DNA of 64,000 nt. Source: Camelus ferus (taxonomy: Eukaryota). Shown piece by piece: positions 51,640 to 64,000 of this stretch. Under the pieces are notes generated by a model. The model was given only the letters and a program-made list of their open reading frames with translations, had not been told where the DNA came from and ran no database searches. Each line of letters begins with the position of its first letter. Position 1 is the first letter of the stretch. The stretch covers positions 10,726,001 to 10,790,000 of the forward strand of contig NC_045709.1 of the NCBI RefSeq assembly GCF_009834535.1, given 5' to 3'. Made by a program: the position numbers and the translations under genes.

Positions 51640-52060
51640 ACCTCCACCCGGCCTTCCTATTGTCTTGCTTCCTCTTTCACACTTTGCCCCCAGAACACAC
51701 TTCCCTCTTTCCTCCCTTGGGGACTTTAGATTCACTGTGTCCTGTTTCTAAGACACTTTTCCCATGGCTTTTCCTATCCCTTCATTTGTCATCTTAAAAG
51801 TCTCTTCTTCAGAAAGCCTGTCTCTGTCCACCCTAACACAAGCTCCCTGCCAATCATTCTCAGTCATAGGCCTTAGTTACTGTCTTTTTTAGCATTTGTT
51901 ACAAGGTATCAATAGTTTGCTTATTTATTTGTTACTTTGTTGTTTGTCTCCTTCATTGTAACCCAAGCATGGGAAGGGCAGGACCATATCTGTTCTCCCC
52001 AGTACCTGTCCCAAGAGCAGGTGCCTGATACAGTTTTGTTGAGTGAATGAATGAATGGGT
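51640..52060 (+). mobile_element. L2a 3' end
   Basis: tcttcagaaagcctgtctctg...gggcaggaccatatctg...ttgttgagtgaatgaatgaatg, the L2 terminal (GAAT)n. Confidence 0.72.
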
Positions 52061-52285
52061 GGATGATACGGTTCTTCTGGTTTCTTAAGCTAATAGAGCC
52101 CCTCACATTGTTTTCTGGTGGCATAGCCTAGAACACCTGGCATCTAGAACACCTAAAGAACACGGACCTTCACAGAGTTCTTGGATGTCCCTCTGAAGGA
52201 TCAAAGCTTCAAGGGAGGTTTGGGGAAAAGCTGGATGGGAGTCACTCCAGTCTGCTTCTCTGCAGAATGCCCTAAAAGACAAGTC

Positions 52286-52878
52286 TGATACGTTATAATT
52301 TCCAAACATGGCCACAAAAACACCTCCCAGCCTACATTTATACTCTTCTTAAAATGTGATTTTGACACTCCCCCCTGTGGAAAGATAGGGTCTGTATTCT
52401 TCCCCCGGAATCTGGGTGAGCTTATAACTTTAGCAGAAAGGGCATCGTGCCTTATAAGTTCCCTTTAAAACAGAGACAATTAAGAAACAAGGTGACACGA
52501 TGAAAGGCAGGAGAGATTTCACCTGGTTCTCTTGGGACACTTGCTCTGGGAACCTGGCTGCTGCTCCATGAGAATGCCCAAGTAGCCACGTGGGGAGGCC
52601 ACGCGTAGGTGTTCCGCCAATCGCCCCAGCTGCCATGACAGATGAAAGCCGGTATCAGCCACCAGACCTGTGGCTGAGGAGGCCTTCTAGGTGATGCCAA
52701 CCCTCCGGTTACCAAGTGAACCCAGCCTTTGCCTCTTCCTAATTGAGTCTCCCGTCATTGAGCAGAGAAAACTCATTCCCAGATCTCCAAATTCCTGACC
52801 CACAAAATCTGTGAGCATAATAAAAGTTTTTGGAAGCCACGTTTTGGGGTTTGGTTAGCAGTGAGAGTAACTGGAACA
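52286..52878 (+). mobile_element. MLT1F/G/H-type MaLR solo LTR
   Basis: atggccacaaaaac...cccaagtagccacgtggggaggccacg...caaattcctgacccacaaaatctgtgagcataataaaag...taactggaaca. Confidence 0.72.
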
Positions 52879-53954
52879 TCAATGTTCTTCATTGTTAATT
52901 ATAAAATGACTCCTATCCTCTCAATATCAGCTGGACAGAAATGAATAGTTGTCTTACTTCTGTATAAAGTTAACGTGCCGCGGCGGGCTGGGCCAGCTCA
53001 CGCTGGCATTCCCAATGTGGACTTCTCTGCCCAACCAGCCATGGTGGAAGTATTTACACCCTGAGAACTGGCAAACACTACAAAACAGGACTCTCTTCTC
53101 CCCTTTCCAGGGGACTGGCTTATCTGCCTACCGCTGGGAATGCATGGCTTCACTTCTTGATAATAATCATTCTGCCCTATTACCCTTAAAAGAGAAAAAA
53201 GTTTGACTTGATTGGCAGTTTTTCCTCCCAGGCTCATTCAAGGCCAGTCTGTGATATTCCACAAACTGCTCATTGGCCTAAGACTTGCCAGGTGGCGCCC
53301 TCCCCAGCCTCCGCTCTAACATTCTCTCCTTCCAGGATCCCTTGTGGGCTGTCCCGTTCCTGCTGTGACCCCGACACCCAGTTACAGGCAGAGAATGGAG
53401 CCAGCCCAGATGTTCTGGGAAGGGGCTGAGTGCCCACCCCCACCTCCGATTCCCTAAAAGAGAGGGGTTTTCCTTTCTCCACCTAATGTGTGTCCATAGA
53501 AAGCCATCCTGCTGGCCACCGCTGGGCCACTAAAAGCACATCCAGCAAGCCCAGCACTGCTGCCTTTTCAGATGGGAAGTCACGGCAGGCATCCTCCATT
53601 GTCTTCTCTGCTGGGGCTGAGGACCACGCCTGTGACCCTGACGTGCACAAAAGGATGCAGCAGGCCCATGAAATGAGCCACTAATAAAGGCTGTGGAATT
53701 GCATTATGGAGTCAATTCTCCCAGCGCATAAGTAGTACGTTCTGGTGCTACTTTAATAAATTACATCTCTGGTGTATTTGCATAGCTATTAACCACCTTC
53801 ATTATTAGAACAGGAAATTGGGCAGCAAGGGATGAAGTATCAAGCCTCGTGTTCAACTAACACAGTGGGAAATGCTAGACATAAAACCAAGATTTGCATT
53901 CATTCGAACTAGAGTTTGAGCAAGAAAGACTTTATATTCTCAGGTTATGTACTC

Positions 53955-54420
53955 TCATACACTCAGATCAGCAGTTCTGCTTCTAACAACTTACCCTACA
54001 GACATAGCTACACATCAACAAATAAAAAAACAGATATCAGAAGGATGTTCACCCAGGTATTATTTGGGTTCATCAATAAGTTACTAGGTCAAAATGTGGC
54101 CACTCGTGCAATGAAATATTAAAAAAGTCTTTTTTAAAAGAAGGCAGGCCTATATGTATTCACATGGGAACATTCTTAGAATACATTAAGTGGAAAAAAT
54201 CAAGGCAATGCAGCCTGTAATATTGCAAATTGGTCAAAAAGAATATAGTCATACATGTGAGTATGTACATGGAAAATGTTGGAAAGGAAACAGGAAAGAC
54301 TCTTGCAGGCAGTTAGGTTGAAAGGACAGAAAATGTGGAGTGGAGAAGAGCCCCATTTTTCATTGTAAATGGTTTTGTTCTATTTGAAAATTTTTACCAT
54401 ATACATTTTTTTTTCTAATG
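53955..54420 (+). mobile_element. L1ME 3' region
   Basis: aaggatgttcacccagg...cacatgggaacattcttagaatacattaagtggaaaaaatcaag. Confidence 0.55.
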
Positions 54421-56619
54421 GTATCATTTACTCAATTGTATCATTTTTTTATTGATTTATAATCATTTTAATTGTATCATTTTTTAAATTGTGGTAACAT
54501 TGGTTTATAACACTATATAATTTTCATGTGCACAAGATCACATCACTAACTCAGTAACTTAATACAATTTAACAAAATAACTTAATTTGTGTTAAGATGC
54601 CTGAAATCCTTTCAATTTTGTCCTCTTCCGTTTCATTGTTCCCAAGAAGATCTTTTGCTACTCAACCATGCCCTTGTAAATTCACTGCGAACCCAAGCAG
54701 CTCCCCAAAAATGTCTGTTGTGTTTATCACTATATCTTCAGCACTAGGACAGTACCTGGTGCACAGTGGGGGCAAATAAACAATGAAAATAAATAGTTTG
54801 GAAGATGGCGGCTGGTGCTGTGAAAAAAATTCAGTAGAGGGGTGAAGTACAGTTTTTTTTTAAGTGATTAGGGAACGTTTTATTGATAAGTTGTTATTTG
54901 AGTAAAGACTTAAAGGATTTAGTAAAGCAAGGGATGAGGCTATTAGGAATAAGAGATTTCCAGGTAGAAGAACAGCAAGTGCAAAGGCCCTGAGGGGGGC
55001 ATGTGTTGATCAAATAACATGCTGAATTCTTTTAAACTTCGCACTTCAAACATACATGGATCATTCCTGAACTTAACACAGAAATGTGAACACAGCAGAT
55101 GCTATCTACTTTATCGTTCCTTCAATTCCCAGGGTTAAAGACACGAACCAAGTGAACAGTTTTATTATTTCAAGCAAACAGAGATTACTGTTCTAAGGGA
55201 ACTAACTGGAGCTGAGGTTACAACCCAAGAGAATTGAGGTGACTCTTCCAAGACAGCTTGGGTGACTTCCTCTGACGGTCAAAGTTGCTTTTTAACAAGT
55301 TGTAGATCCGCAGGGCAATTTTGCAAATAACCCTGAGCCATTAGATTTGAGTCCCCTTTTTTGGACATTATCCCAGTAAGGACACCAGCCCACACCTGCT
55401 TAATGGAATCATCTCTTAGCTCATACACCTGGGTTCAGGTTCACATTGCCTAATTCTCAACTTGGGTCTGGTTTGAGTCTGCAAGTCCCGTGACCTGGAA
55501 TAACAAACCTCCCTGCCACCTGGTTCTCCGCATGTCTGACTGTGAGCCACGGGATCTCCATCACTGCAATGATTCCTTGTTTCACTTTTCTGTAAGGTTT
55601 TCTGATTCTCAGCACCTTCTTCATGGATCTCGTCCTACTTAACCTCTGCATAATATTTGAGGCTCTTGATGACTAAGCCCCTTCCCCAAACTCTGACCTC
55701 CAGCTTCCATAACATAGTTTCCCACTGATCCAGGACCCTTCCTAGTCTACACCTTCCTGTGCCTCTCCCTTCATCAGCGATATTCCCAGGGTCTGCTTTG
55801 ACTTCTCTCTCCCCCTGGCACTGGCTCTCGTTTAAATGCTCTTAACATTCTTCCTACATTAATCCGTACGGAGAAGTGAGGCAATTTCCAACCCCCGTCT
55901 CCATCCCCATCGTCACTGTAATGTGTAAGTAATGTCACCTGCTAAGTATTAAACAGAAAACCAGTGGCACAGTGGATAATGTTAATCGTATATAAAAGAA
56001 AACAAAGAGATTGTGTAGAAATATAAAACGGATCCTAATTGTGTCTGTCCAAGCCCAGTCAAGCTGGCTTGAGAGTACCTTCTTTACTAAGAGGCCAGAC
56101 GGGAGTGGGGTATTTAGCTAAGAAAGCTGAAATCTGAACAACTGTATTTTGCTTTTCCTGAAGAAAGACTCAAATAAAGGACATGGTCGGCAGGTGGCCT
56201 AGAGAAAGAGCAACCAGACAGTGTCCACCGCACAGACCAGAAGGGAGGGGACCGCGTGTTCTGACCTGAGAGCTCGCCTCCATGCTTCACACTCTGTGCG
56301 CAACGCTCCCCCACTACCCAGCCCTCCCCTATGGTTTGCCTGAAGTAAGAGGTCTGTAGTCCGGGTACTTAAGAAAAGGATCCCATTTTTTGGTATCTGA
56401 GTAAGAAAGGAAAAATGGAAAAGACACTAATGTTCCAGCCCCTCTACAACCCTGGTCCTCGGGTGAAACCCCTCTGAGGATTCAGGCACAGGTCTTCTCA
56501 AGCTGATTGTGCCTAACCCCAGACCTGATGCTGTCACCTCTTCCAGGACCATGATCATCAGTTAAGGACTCTCACTTCCACGAAGAGCAAAAGAAAGAGG
56601 TTGGATTCTTGAGATCATG

Positions 56620-56800
56620 ATCTCAGGAATCACACCAGCTGGGTTCAAATCCCCACTCAGCCGCTTACTGGTTATGTGCCTTCAGTGAGTTCCCTGCCTC
56701 CCCGTACAATTTTCTTATCTGCAAATTGGGGATAAATAGAGCATACAATTCACAGAGTTTTAAGTACTTAATGGGTTAATACACTCAGTGAACCTGGACA
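56620..56800 (+). mobile_element. MIR SINE
   Basis: gctgggttcaaatccccactcagccgcttactggttatgtg...tcttatctgcaaattggggataa. Confidence 0.65.
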
Positions 56801-57929
56801 GCCCTGGCTCAGAGTTAAATTCTCAGCAGCATCCTAAAGGGCAGGAAGGAGCGGGAACAATACCACAGGTCTCAGATCTGAGTAAGTTCCCTGTGCCTCT
56901 CCCAGTTTCTGCTCATTAGAGCAAAGCTCGCTTCTCACAGATTCTTTTCCCCCAAGGCAACTGCATCAGAAGCATGGTGCTTATCTCTCTCTCTGGTTAT
57001 TTTCTTTCTATGACCTGAGCAGAAGGAGGGAATCAAATGACTATTCGCTAAACTGCTTTATCTTGCTCAGGGCAAAAAGTTTAATAAATTAGAACATTCT
57101 TCTGGCTGGTTCCTATGGGGAGTCCAAAGTTACCTTTCAAATTACGATCTATTTTGAGCTAAATGCTTCTTCCTAAATCCTAAATGTGTCCATAGCCTTT
57201 TGTTTTCCTCTGATTATTTGTTTACCTTTTTTTCTTTTAATGAAAAAGCAAAAACCATTTGTAGAAAATAATTCTCGTAGGTAAATAAAAACAGCTCCTT
57301 TGTTTTTAATCCCAGCCTCAAGTTTAGCCATACACAGACAGAACTTTAAGACACAGCCTCAACGGTATCTGAAAACATGAATATTCTGGACCAAGAATTC
57401 AGTAAGAATCATTCATCTCACTTCCCTACCTTGGACGTTAGGCTCACCGAGCAGCCTGCTGATTATCATTTGTCTTACTGGCAGAGAAGGTAGTGAGTGG
57501 TGACCTTAAGTCTTGGGGAGAATTTGGTATTTCTGTTTCTTACTCTGAATTAATGAATTGGCATGGTGACATCAATCTCTTGTGACTTAGGTGTATACAA
57601 AACAGCCCTAAAAACACCGATTAGTTCTGGGGCCCCAGCAAATTCGAGTTCTCCACCCTCTAAAGCCTCTAGAATTCTATGGCCACACCCAGGTGTGGCT
57701 GCCCTTTCGTGAGCCCTGACTGGACCCTCTAGTCTACCTTTATAGTATCTCCACTTGGTTCCTAGTTACAGCAGCAACTACTATCGTCCCATCCCCTACT
57801 ATGAGGTCTATCTGCAACTGCCCAGCAGACACTAACTGAATGTCCCACGGGCATTTCAAACTCAACATTTCTAAGACATATTTCATAGGCTTAGCCCTGC
57901 AAGCCCATTCTTCCTGCTGCTCCCACAGG

Positions 57930-58680
57930 TGGTGGGGAATCTCAGGAGAGCTTTAAGCACAGTCGTAATACAATCTGGTTTGCATTTCTATAAAAATTCT
58001 CTACCTGGTGGAGAGAATAAAAGGTTAGAGGCAGGAGTGGATACAGGGAGACCAGCTAGGAGGTTATTATAATCATCTAGATCAGCGGTGATATTGGCTT
58101 GGACCAAAGGGTGACATTGGAGATGGAGAGAATGGGTAATTTAAGAGATATATATGAGGTGTATTTTTGATGATTGGATGTGAAAGGTGGGACAGATGGA
58201 GATATTAAGGATGACCCTGGTGGATGGTGGGATCATTCACTGTGAAAAGGTAGCATGGTTCGGGAGGAAGAGCATAATTTGTTTTTGGACATGTGGAATT
58301 TGACACATCTCTGAGGCATCCATGTGAACATTCCGCATAGGGAACTGGACTTAGCGTTGGAGTTCAGCTGGAAGAAATAGGTCACAGATACAAATTCAGA
58401 CGTCACAGCATATTGATAGTACTTGTACTCATGAGCATAGGGTCATCAAGGAAATGATTAGAGAATGAGAAGAGAGAGAGAGGAACTAGAACAGAGTCCA
58501 ATAAAGAGTCAGACTGATGTGTAGGATCTGGCAAAAGAACCTGAGAAGCAGAATCCAGAGATGTGGGAGGGGAGCCCGCAGGGGTGATGACAAGGGAAGG
58601 GGGTGCTCTAGGGAGGAGGGCGTGGCCATCTGTGTGGCCTGCGGCTGAGCGCTCAAGCTGAAATGCCTACAGCCTTTCTC
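57930..58680 (-). mobile_element. L2 relic
   Basis: ggagaccagctaggaggttattataatcatctag...gattggatgtg...tttggacatgtggaatttga...agggaggagggcgtggcc. Confidence 0.7.
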
Positions 58681-60169
58681 TTGGGAAAAATTCCATGATA
58701 GAATTGGAAAATGTACATTACAAAAAACAAACAATAAACAAAAAGAACAATAACAACAATAAAAACAACTCTCTGGACAGACACAGGTTGTGGCTGAAAT
58801 GCAATGTGAATCCTAGTTACATTTAATAAAGAAACTTTTCAAAAATGATTTATGCAGCGCCAAAAATAAGGAATTTTTAAAAACCCACATAATTGTTCAT
58901 CTGGAAAGTTTGTGACTGCAATGTCAGACATTTGAATGTTTCCAAATATCTCAATGTTTGGCATCATGCAAACGAAATGGGCAGACGTTCGGCTGTCTTT
59001 TTTTTTTTTTTTTCCATGAATCATCCTGATATTTAGCATTAGGTGCAAAACAACCTAAAACTTTCCACAGCTCACTGACCCACATTCCCACCTTTCTAAC
59101 AGAAAGCTAGTGGTTGCACCTTGATCTTTTTGTTTTATGTGCTGTTGGTTTCTTAAATCACTTAGAACACCATTTGTCAGTGTTCCCTGACTCACAGATA
59201 AAATATCACATGCTTTCCCTCCCCACCATGAAGCCAAATCCAGATAAATTTTGAGTCAGTAGCATAAGCCCTCCAAGAGCCTCACATCGAGCTTTGCTTG
59301 TTTCCTAGGTGACGAAGCTGTGCAGCTAGTTACTATTCCAAAGCACACAGCCAGATTCCCACCACGATGATATATTCCATTTTCTATTCAATTTCATCCC
59401 CAGGAGGAAACTCAGGGGTTATATAGAATTGCACATTTAGACTTGCCCTTCTGTCAAACATTAATAGGATCATGGAATCATAATGCAGAGGGAGACTGGG
59501 GAACTCATGGAATCATTTCACTCCCCATCAGCAGGAGGATGTTTAACCTAACCCTGAGGAGCTAAGGAATCTTCGTCTCTAAAAGACAGCTCCTTTCCCC
59601 TCCAGAAGAGAAGGTTCTACAACCTCCAGCAAACAGTTCTCAGTGCTTAGCAACCTCTACCCTGTGAGAATCCGGGGTGACAGGACATCCACCCCATCAC
59701 AGTAGGAGATTGCTAGTTCAAAGATAGACTGGGGAGAAAATGATCTAATTCACTTACAGTTGATTCAGATATAATATTTTGAATTCTGGAAAATATTGTG
59801 GAAAAGTGAAAGCATCAAAACACAGCCAGTTCACAATCTAATGTTTTCCACATTAGATGACTAACGCCAGGAAGAGTCCAGAGGTCACTTGGGTCAATTC
59901 TCAAAGGGTTGTGGGAATTAACCATTCAGTGTACCCTTTTCTCATGCTTCTTCCAGTAAATAAATCTCCCAGTGAATGAAACTTAATTATCTGAACTGTA
60001 TCTGCTCTGTTACATAGTCTGCCTTGCCCATGATGAATGCTTTAATAAAACGATGTCTTTTTTTAAAAAAACTTGTTGTTTAGAGTGAACATCTTTGAAT
60101 TTTTTTTCCTAGTTTCCTCCAAGGCATTAGAAAAAGCATCAGAACATTCACAGCCCATGTGTTCAGTCA

Positions 60170-61745
60170 CCCTTTCAGCAATGTTGGGAGAATGCCTACT
60201 GTGTTCTAGGCTCAGTACTGAACACTAGGCACGGACGCATGTGTTGTAATGACATCATGTATCAATCACTATGATCATGTATCAATCTATGATAATGGCG
60301 AGTGGAATCATCTGGTCTTCATGAAACTTATCACTTAGAGGTGGAAAGAGGGAATGATCAAAGTATCACACAAACAAGTATAAAATGACCACTTTGTTAT
60401 GATCCTCTGAAAGCATAAATGAGGGGATATATCTAGTCAGGGAGGAAATAATGACTGAGAAGTGATCTGGTGACTAAGTGGACCAAGTGAAAACTGTCCC
60501 AGATAGAGAAACTGGCATGGCGAGGGCCCTGTGGCTGGAGAGGAAGTGCCGTTGATCATTTGAGGAACTAAAAAGGCCAATGTAGTTGAGCACAGAGGAT
60601 GCAGAGAGAATGGGGGTGGGAGGGGACTGTGATGGCACATGGCTGGAGGTCTGGTACAACTCTGATCTCCATCCTAAGTGCAACGGGAAGCCACTGCAAT
60701 CCTTTAGGCTGTAAAGGGGATGCCACAGATCTGTCTTTCAGGAAGAGCACTCTGACTACAGTACAGTGACTGGATGAGATGGGCAGGAATGAATGTGGGG
60801 AGCCATTCAAAAGATTAGGGTAATACACTAGCCTGGACAGAAGGGAGACATGGACGAGGATGATGGCAGTGGAGCTGAAAACAAGAGAAAATTTCAGGGC
60901 ACATCTAGCAGGCAGAAATGGCAGGAATTGGTGATGAACTGATGAATGGCTAAGGGAAAGGGGAGTTTTCAAGGATGAAACTTCTGGCTTGCATATTAGG
61001 ACAGATGACAGTACTACTTACTGAGATGAGAAACAGAGAGGAGAATCCTGGCAGGGTGAGAGGGAGGAGAGGATGGGAGGGGTGATCGTGAGTTCAGTTT
61101 TGTATGACTTTAATTGGAAGTGCCTTTGAGATACCCAAGAAAAGATGTCAAGGATATAGTAAAATTGACAGGTCTGAGGTATAGAGGAAATGTCACAGCT
61201 GGAGATTCACGGGAGTCATGTGTGCATCAGTTGAAATCAAGGGCCAAGGGAGAGAGTGCAAAGTAAGCAGAGAGCCTGGGCACAGACTCTTAGGGTCCAG
61301 TCCATGAAGACTGTAGAGGACGCTGCATGAGGGACGAAGTAGATGTGATCAGAGGGATAGGGAGAAACCCAGTGAGTGTCACACTGTGGAAACCAAGGGA
61401 AGAGACTGTCCTGAGAAGAAGCGAGGTGTTAGTGTCTAAGGAGTCTGAAACCTATCTGGAATGGAAGGAAACGGAAATGACGAATATGGACAGTGCTTTT
61501 AAGAAATGTGCTGTGGGCAGTTGATGAAAGAGGATGTAGGCTTTAAAAGTTTTTATTTTTTTTCTTGTTCAACATGAGAGAGATGACTACTTAAATGTTG
61601 ATGGGAGAGACCCTGGGAGAGGTTGAAGATACAACAGAGAGAAGGGTAAGGGGGAAAGCAGCAGGGTAAAGTTTCTGAGAAGGCTGGATGGGATCAGAGC
61701 CCTTAGGTGGAGAGATTTTATTTTGAAGGTGAACATTGTAGGTAT
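60170..61745 (-). mobile_element. Long L2 relic (~1.6 kb)
   Basis: Continuous L2 antisense sequence: aggccaatgtagttgag...gggaagccactg...gatgatggcagtggagctg...gagttcagttttg...ggaaaccaagggaagagactg. Confidence 0.78.
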
Positions 61746-64000
61746 TGACAACCCACACAACTGCCAGAGCAAGTAAGCACTATTGCTGACATAAGGGTTC
61801 CAAAGACAATGTCAGTAGCCCTTCTGGTCACCCTGAGTCTAGTTAGGGCACTGCCTACTGGTCGACCAGGTACAGTGGTCCTCTGAGCCTAAGGCTTCAC
61901 TCTATGCCCCCAGCCCGCCCGCCCACCCAGTAGGGCAACTGCGTCATTAATATGATAAATAGGTGACCCAGCCACAGTTCCCAGAAGGCACATCCATCCT
62001 CTGGGGTGGGGGACAGTGTCCTGAGTTTCCTCATGTTCGTTCAGTTTCCATAGCACTTTTCCAGAGGACTGTTGTGTTCCCATACCATTTTTTGCCAGCC
62101 ACTAGGCAGCAGGAAGGGTAACAATGGACATGTGGGATGTCTGGCCTCAGACTCTAGATCTATCCCATAAAATGCAGGCTGAGCTCTTGGGGAGGCTCCA
62201 AGGGAGGACCACTCTCTCTGCTCTCCACTAGCCAAGTGGAGTCATTCATATTTCAATAAGATTATTTTCCAACTCAACAGTTTATCTTTAGTTTCATTTA
62301 TCCCTTTGCCATCTGGTCCCCTTATGCTTGCATGTAAGGCTAGTGGCTTTCTTTGTCTAAGTGGATTTGTCAATAGTTTATAATTTTTCTTGTCATGATC
62401 ATAATATTTATTTTTCACATCAGACAAACTCTTCTGGAGACTTGGAAGAAAGAGATTTTTTCCCCATGTCTCTCTTTAACCTGAAAGTTTTGTTTCTGAG
62501 AAATGTATTTTTTAAAATAAAGAATTAAATAAAAATGAAGAACATTTCCCAAACCAGCATATCTTCCAGTTCGATTTGCTACTGGATGTCCTAAACTAGT
62601 ATTTCATTTAAAGAACTATATAAGATCAGACTGGCCTTACAGTAAATGGTCCAGAAGGTTCAGACTCATGCAATGAAGCGGCCCAATTTCCCGCTAACTT
62701 GAAACTCAAGCCGAAGCAAATCCCATGCCCAGGAGATTTTTATTTTTATCTGTTTTCAATCTGTAGCCCTTAAATTTCTTATCTTAAAGCTATTTACTTT
62801 TTATTGTGTAAAACCTTTGGTCCCCTCCCAATTACTTTTGGCTTTCTTGGTTAGTAATCTATCTCTTTAACCAGCAAATGGACATCCTTTATTTACCGTG
62901 AGATTATTTTGAATTTTTCCCTCCAATAAAGGGCTTCGCTATACCAGTTCTGCTCTAATGGCCAATGGCACCTCTTCTCTAAGGAGTCTCAGCTTGGTGG
63001 ACAGGCCAGCCCTGCCCATGGGGTCTGGAACATGATAACCTCCCCTCTCCTGACCTCAAATTCTCCACCAGGCCAGTCACGGCCTCTCACTTGTTCCCCG
63101 AGGGATCCCCTGGCGCCCGGCCGCTGCCTGGCACACAGGGAGGGCTCAAGAAAAAAGTGAACGGATGTCTTGTTTTCTAACCACCAACCCATACAACAGC
63201 ATGCAGAGACTGAAATGAGCATTCCAGGTGAACTACAACACGAGGGCGTATTCAGATCTGCCTGAGAAAAAGTGATTCGAAAATTAGTGACATTTTGTAT
63301 TTGTATGCCTCACATTTCCTAGAGGGCTTCAAGTCTCCCATGAGATTTCTGCCAACAACCCCATTTTAAGGACTATGGAAGCCCCACATATAGAAGGTTT
63401 ACACAAGGATTCAAGAGACAACGTACATGAGGCTCCAGCTGCAATGCCTGACATGAAGTGAGAGCTTTTAAAGCAGCTGATGGTCCACCCTCTTCCTCCA
63501 GTGACATGACAGATTCTGGTCCAGAAATCAGGCTTCACATTTCCTGGCGTGTCACACCATCCCTCAGTGTTCCTGCCACACTGTCCTCAGGATCTGGTGG
63601 CAACAGCTTCACGGCAACAGGCAGGCACTCTAAGCGGACTAGTGACACTCCTCTGCCCCCCTCTTATGGCGGGAGGGTGTTGCACCCCTGCAGTTTAAGT
63701 GCATAACGTTAAATGACTGGAAGTAGAGCCCAGGAACAACGTAAAGGCTACGGGCAGGATACCCTACAGCGACCCCTACAAGGTCCTCGTGCGGGTTACC
63801 TATTGACAGCTCTTTTACCAAAAAATAAAAAAGTGATGATCCTAAGAGGACTTTGGTGGGAGTCCACGAACACCTGGATGTGTGCTCAGAGGGACAGTGA
63901 TGACCGTTTAAGCTTCTCTTCCCAATAATAAATGCATCACCAAGTCACCGTCAGAGGCTGTGCCAATGATAAATGATAACACTCGTGTCCCCTGCGGCTA

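Noticed and set aside
54421-54486. Degenerate tandem repeat of aattgtatcattt
   Set aside because: Low-complexity AT-rich slippage at an L1 tail junction; no spacer structure.
58480-58780. GC-rich stretch followed by an A-rich tail, resembling a second retrocopy
   Set aside because: The stretch aligns by eye with the continuing antisense L2; the tail is a simple A-rich repeat and no TSD was found.

Overview
Mammalian genomic DNA, most likely a camelid (alpaca or camel). The host call rests on a Vic-1-type tRNA-Ala-derived SINE at 27652-27736 and Cetartiodactyla-type L1 3' ends; I saw no Alu, B1, Bov-tA, BovB or PRE-1 elements. The only convincing protein-coding sequence is the first coding exon of the C13orf42 orthologue (minus strand, 8140-7736, phase-0 GT donor), which lies in a CpG island; its downstream exons are not recognisable in this window. 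The other ~55 kb is upstream or intergenic sequence rich in L1, L2, MIR, MaLR LTR and hAT relics, with three N-gaps. The main feature the ORF track misses is a full-length, intronless, heavily disabled processed pseudogene of PRELID3B (SLMO2) at ~44361-45796, inserted into an ancient L1ME element that also carries an ERV1-type solo LTR. Other structural points are two 5'-inverted L1 insertions, a perfect 58-bp fold-back palindrome and a divergent pair of CTCF motifs. I found no evidence of a new multi-gene biological system, and nearly all other ORFs in the track look spurious. Protein and repeat identifications are from recall of the families, not database searches, and repeat boundaries are approximate.
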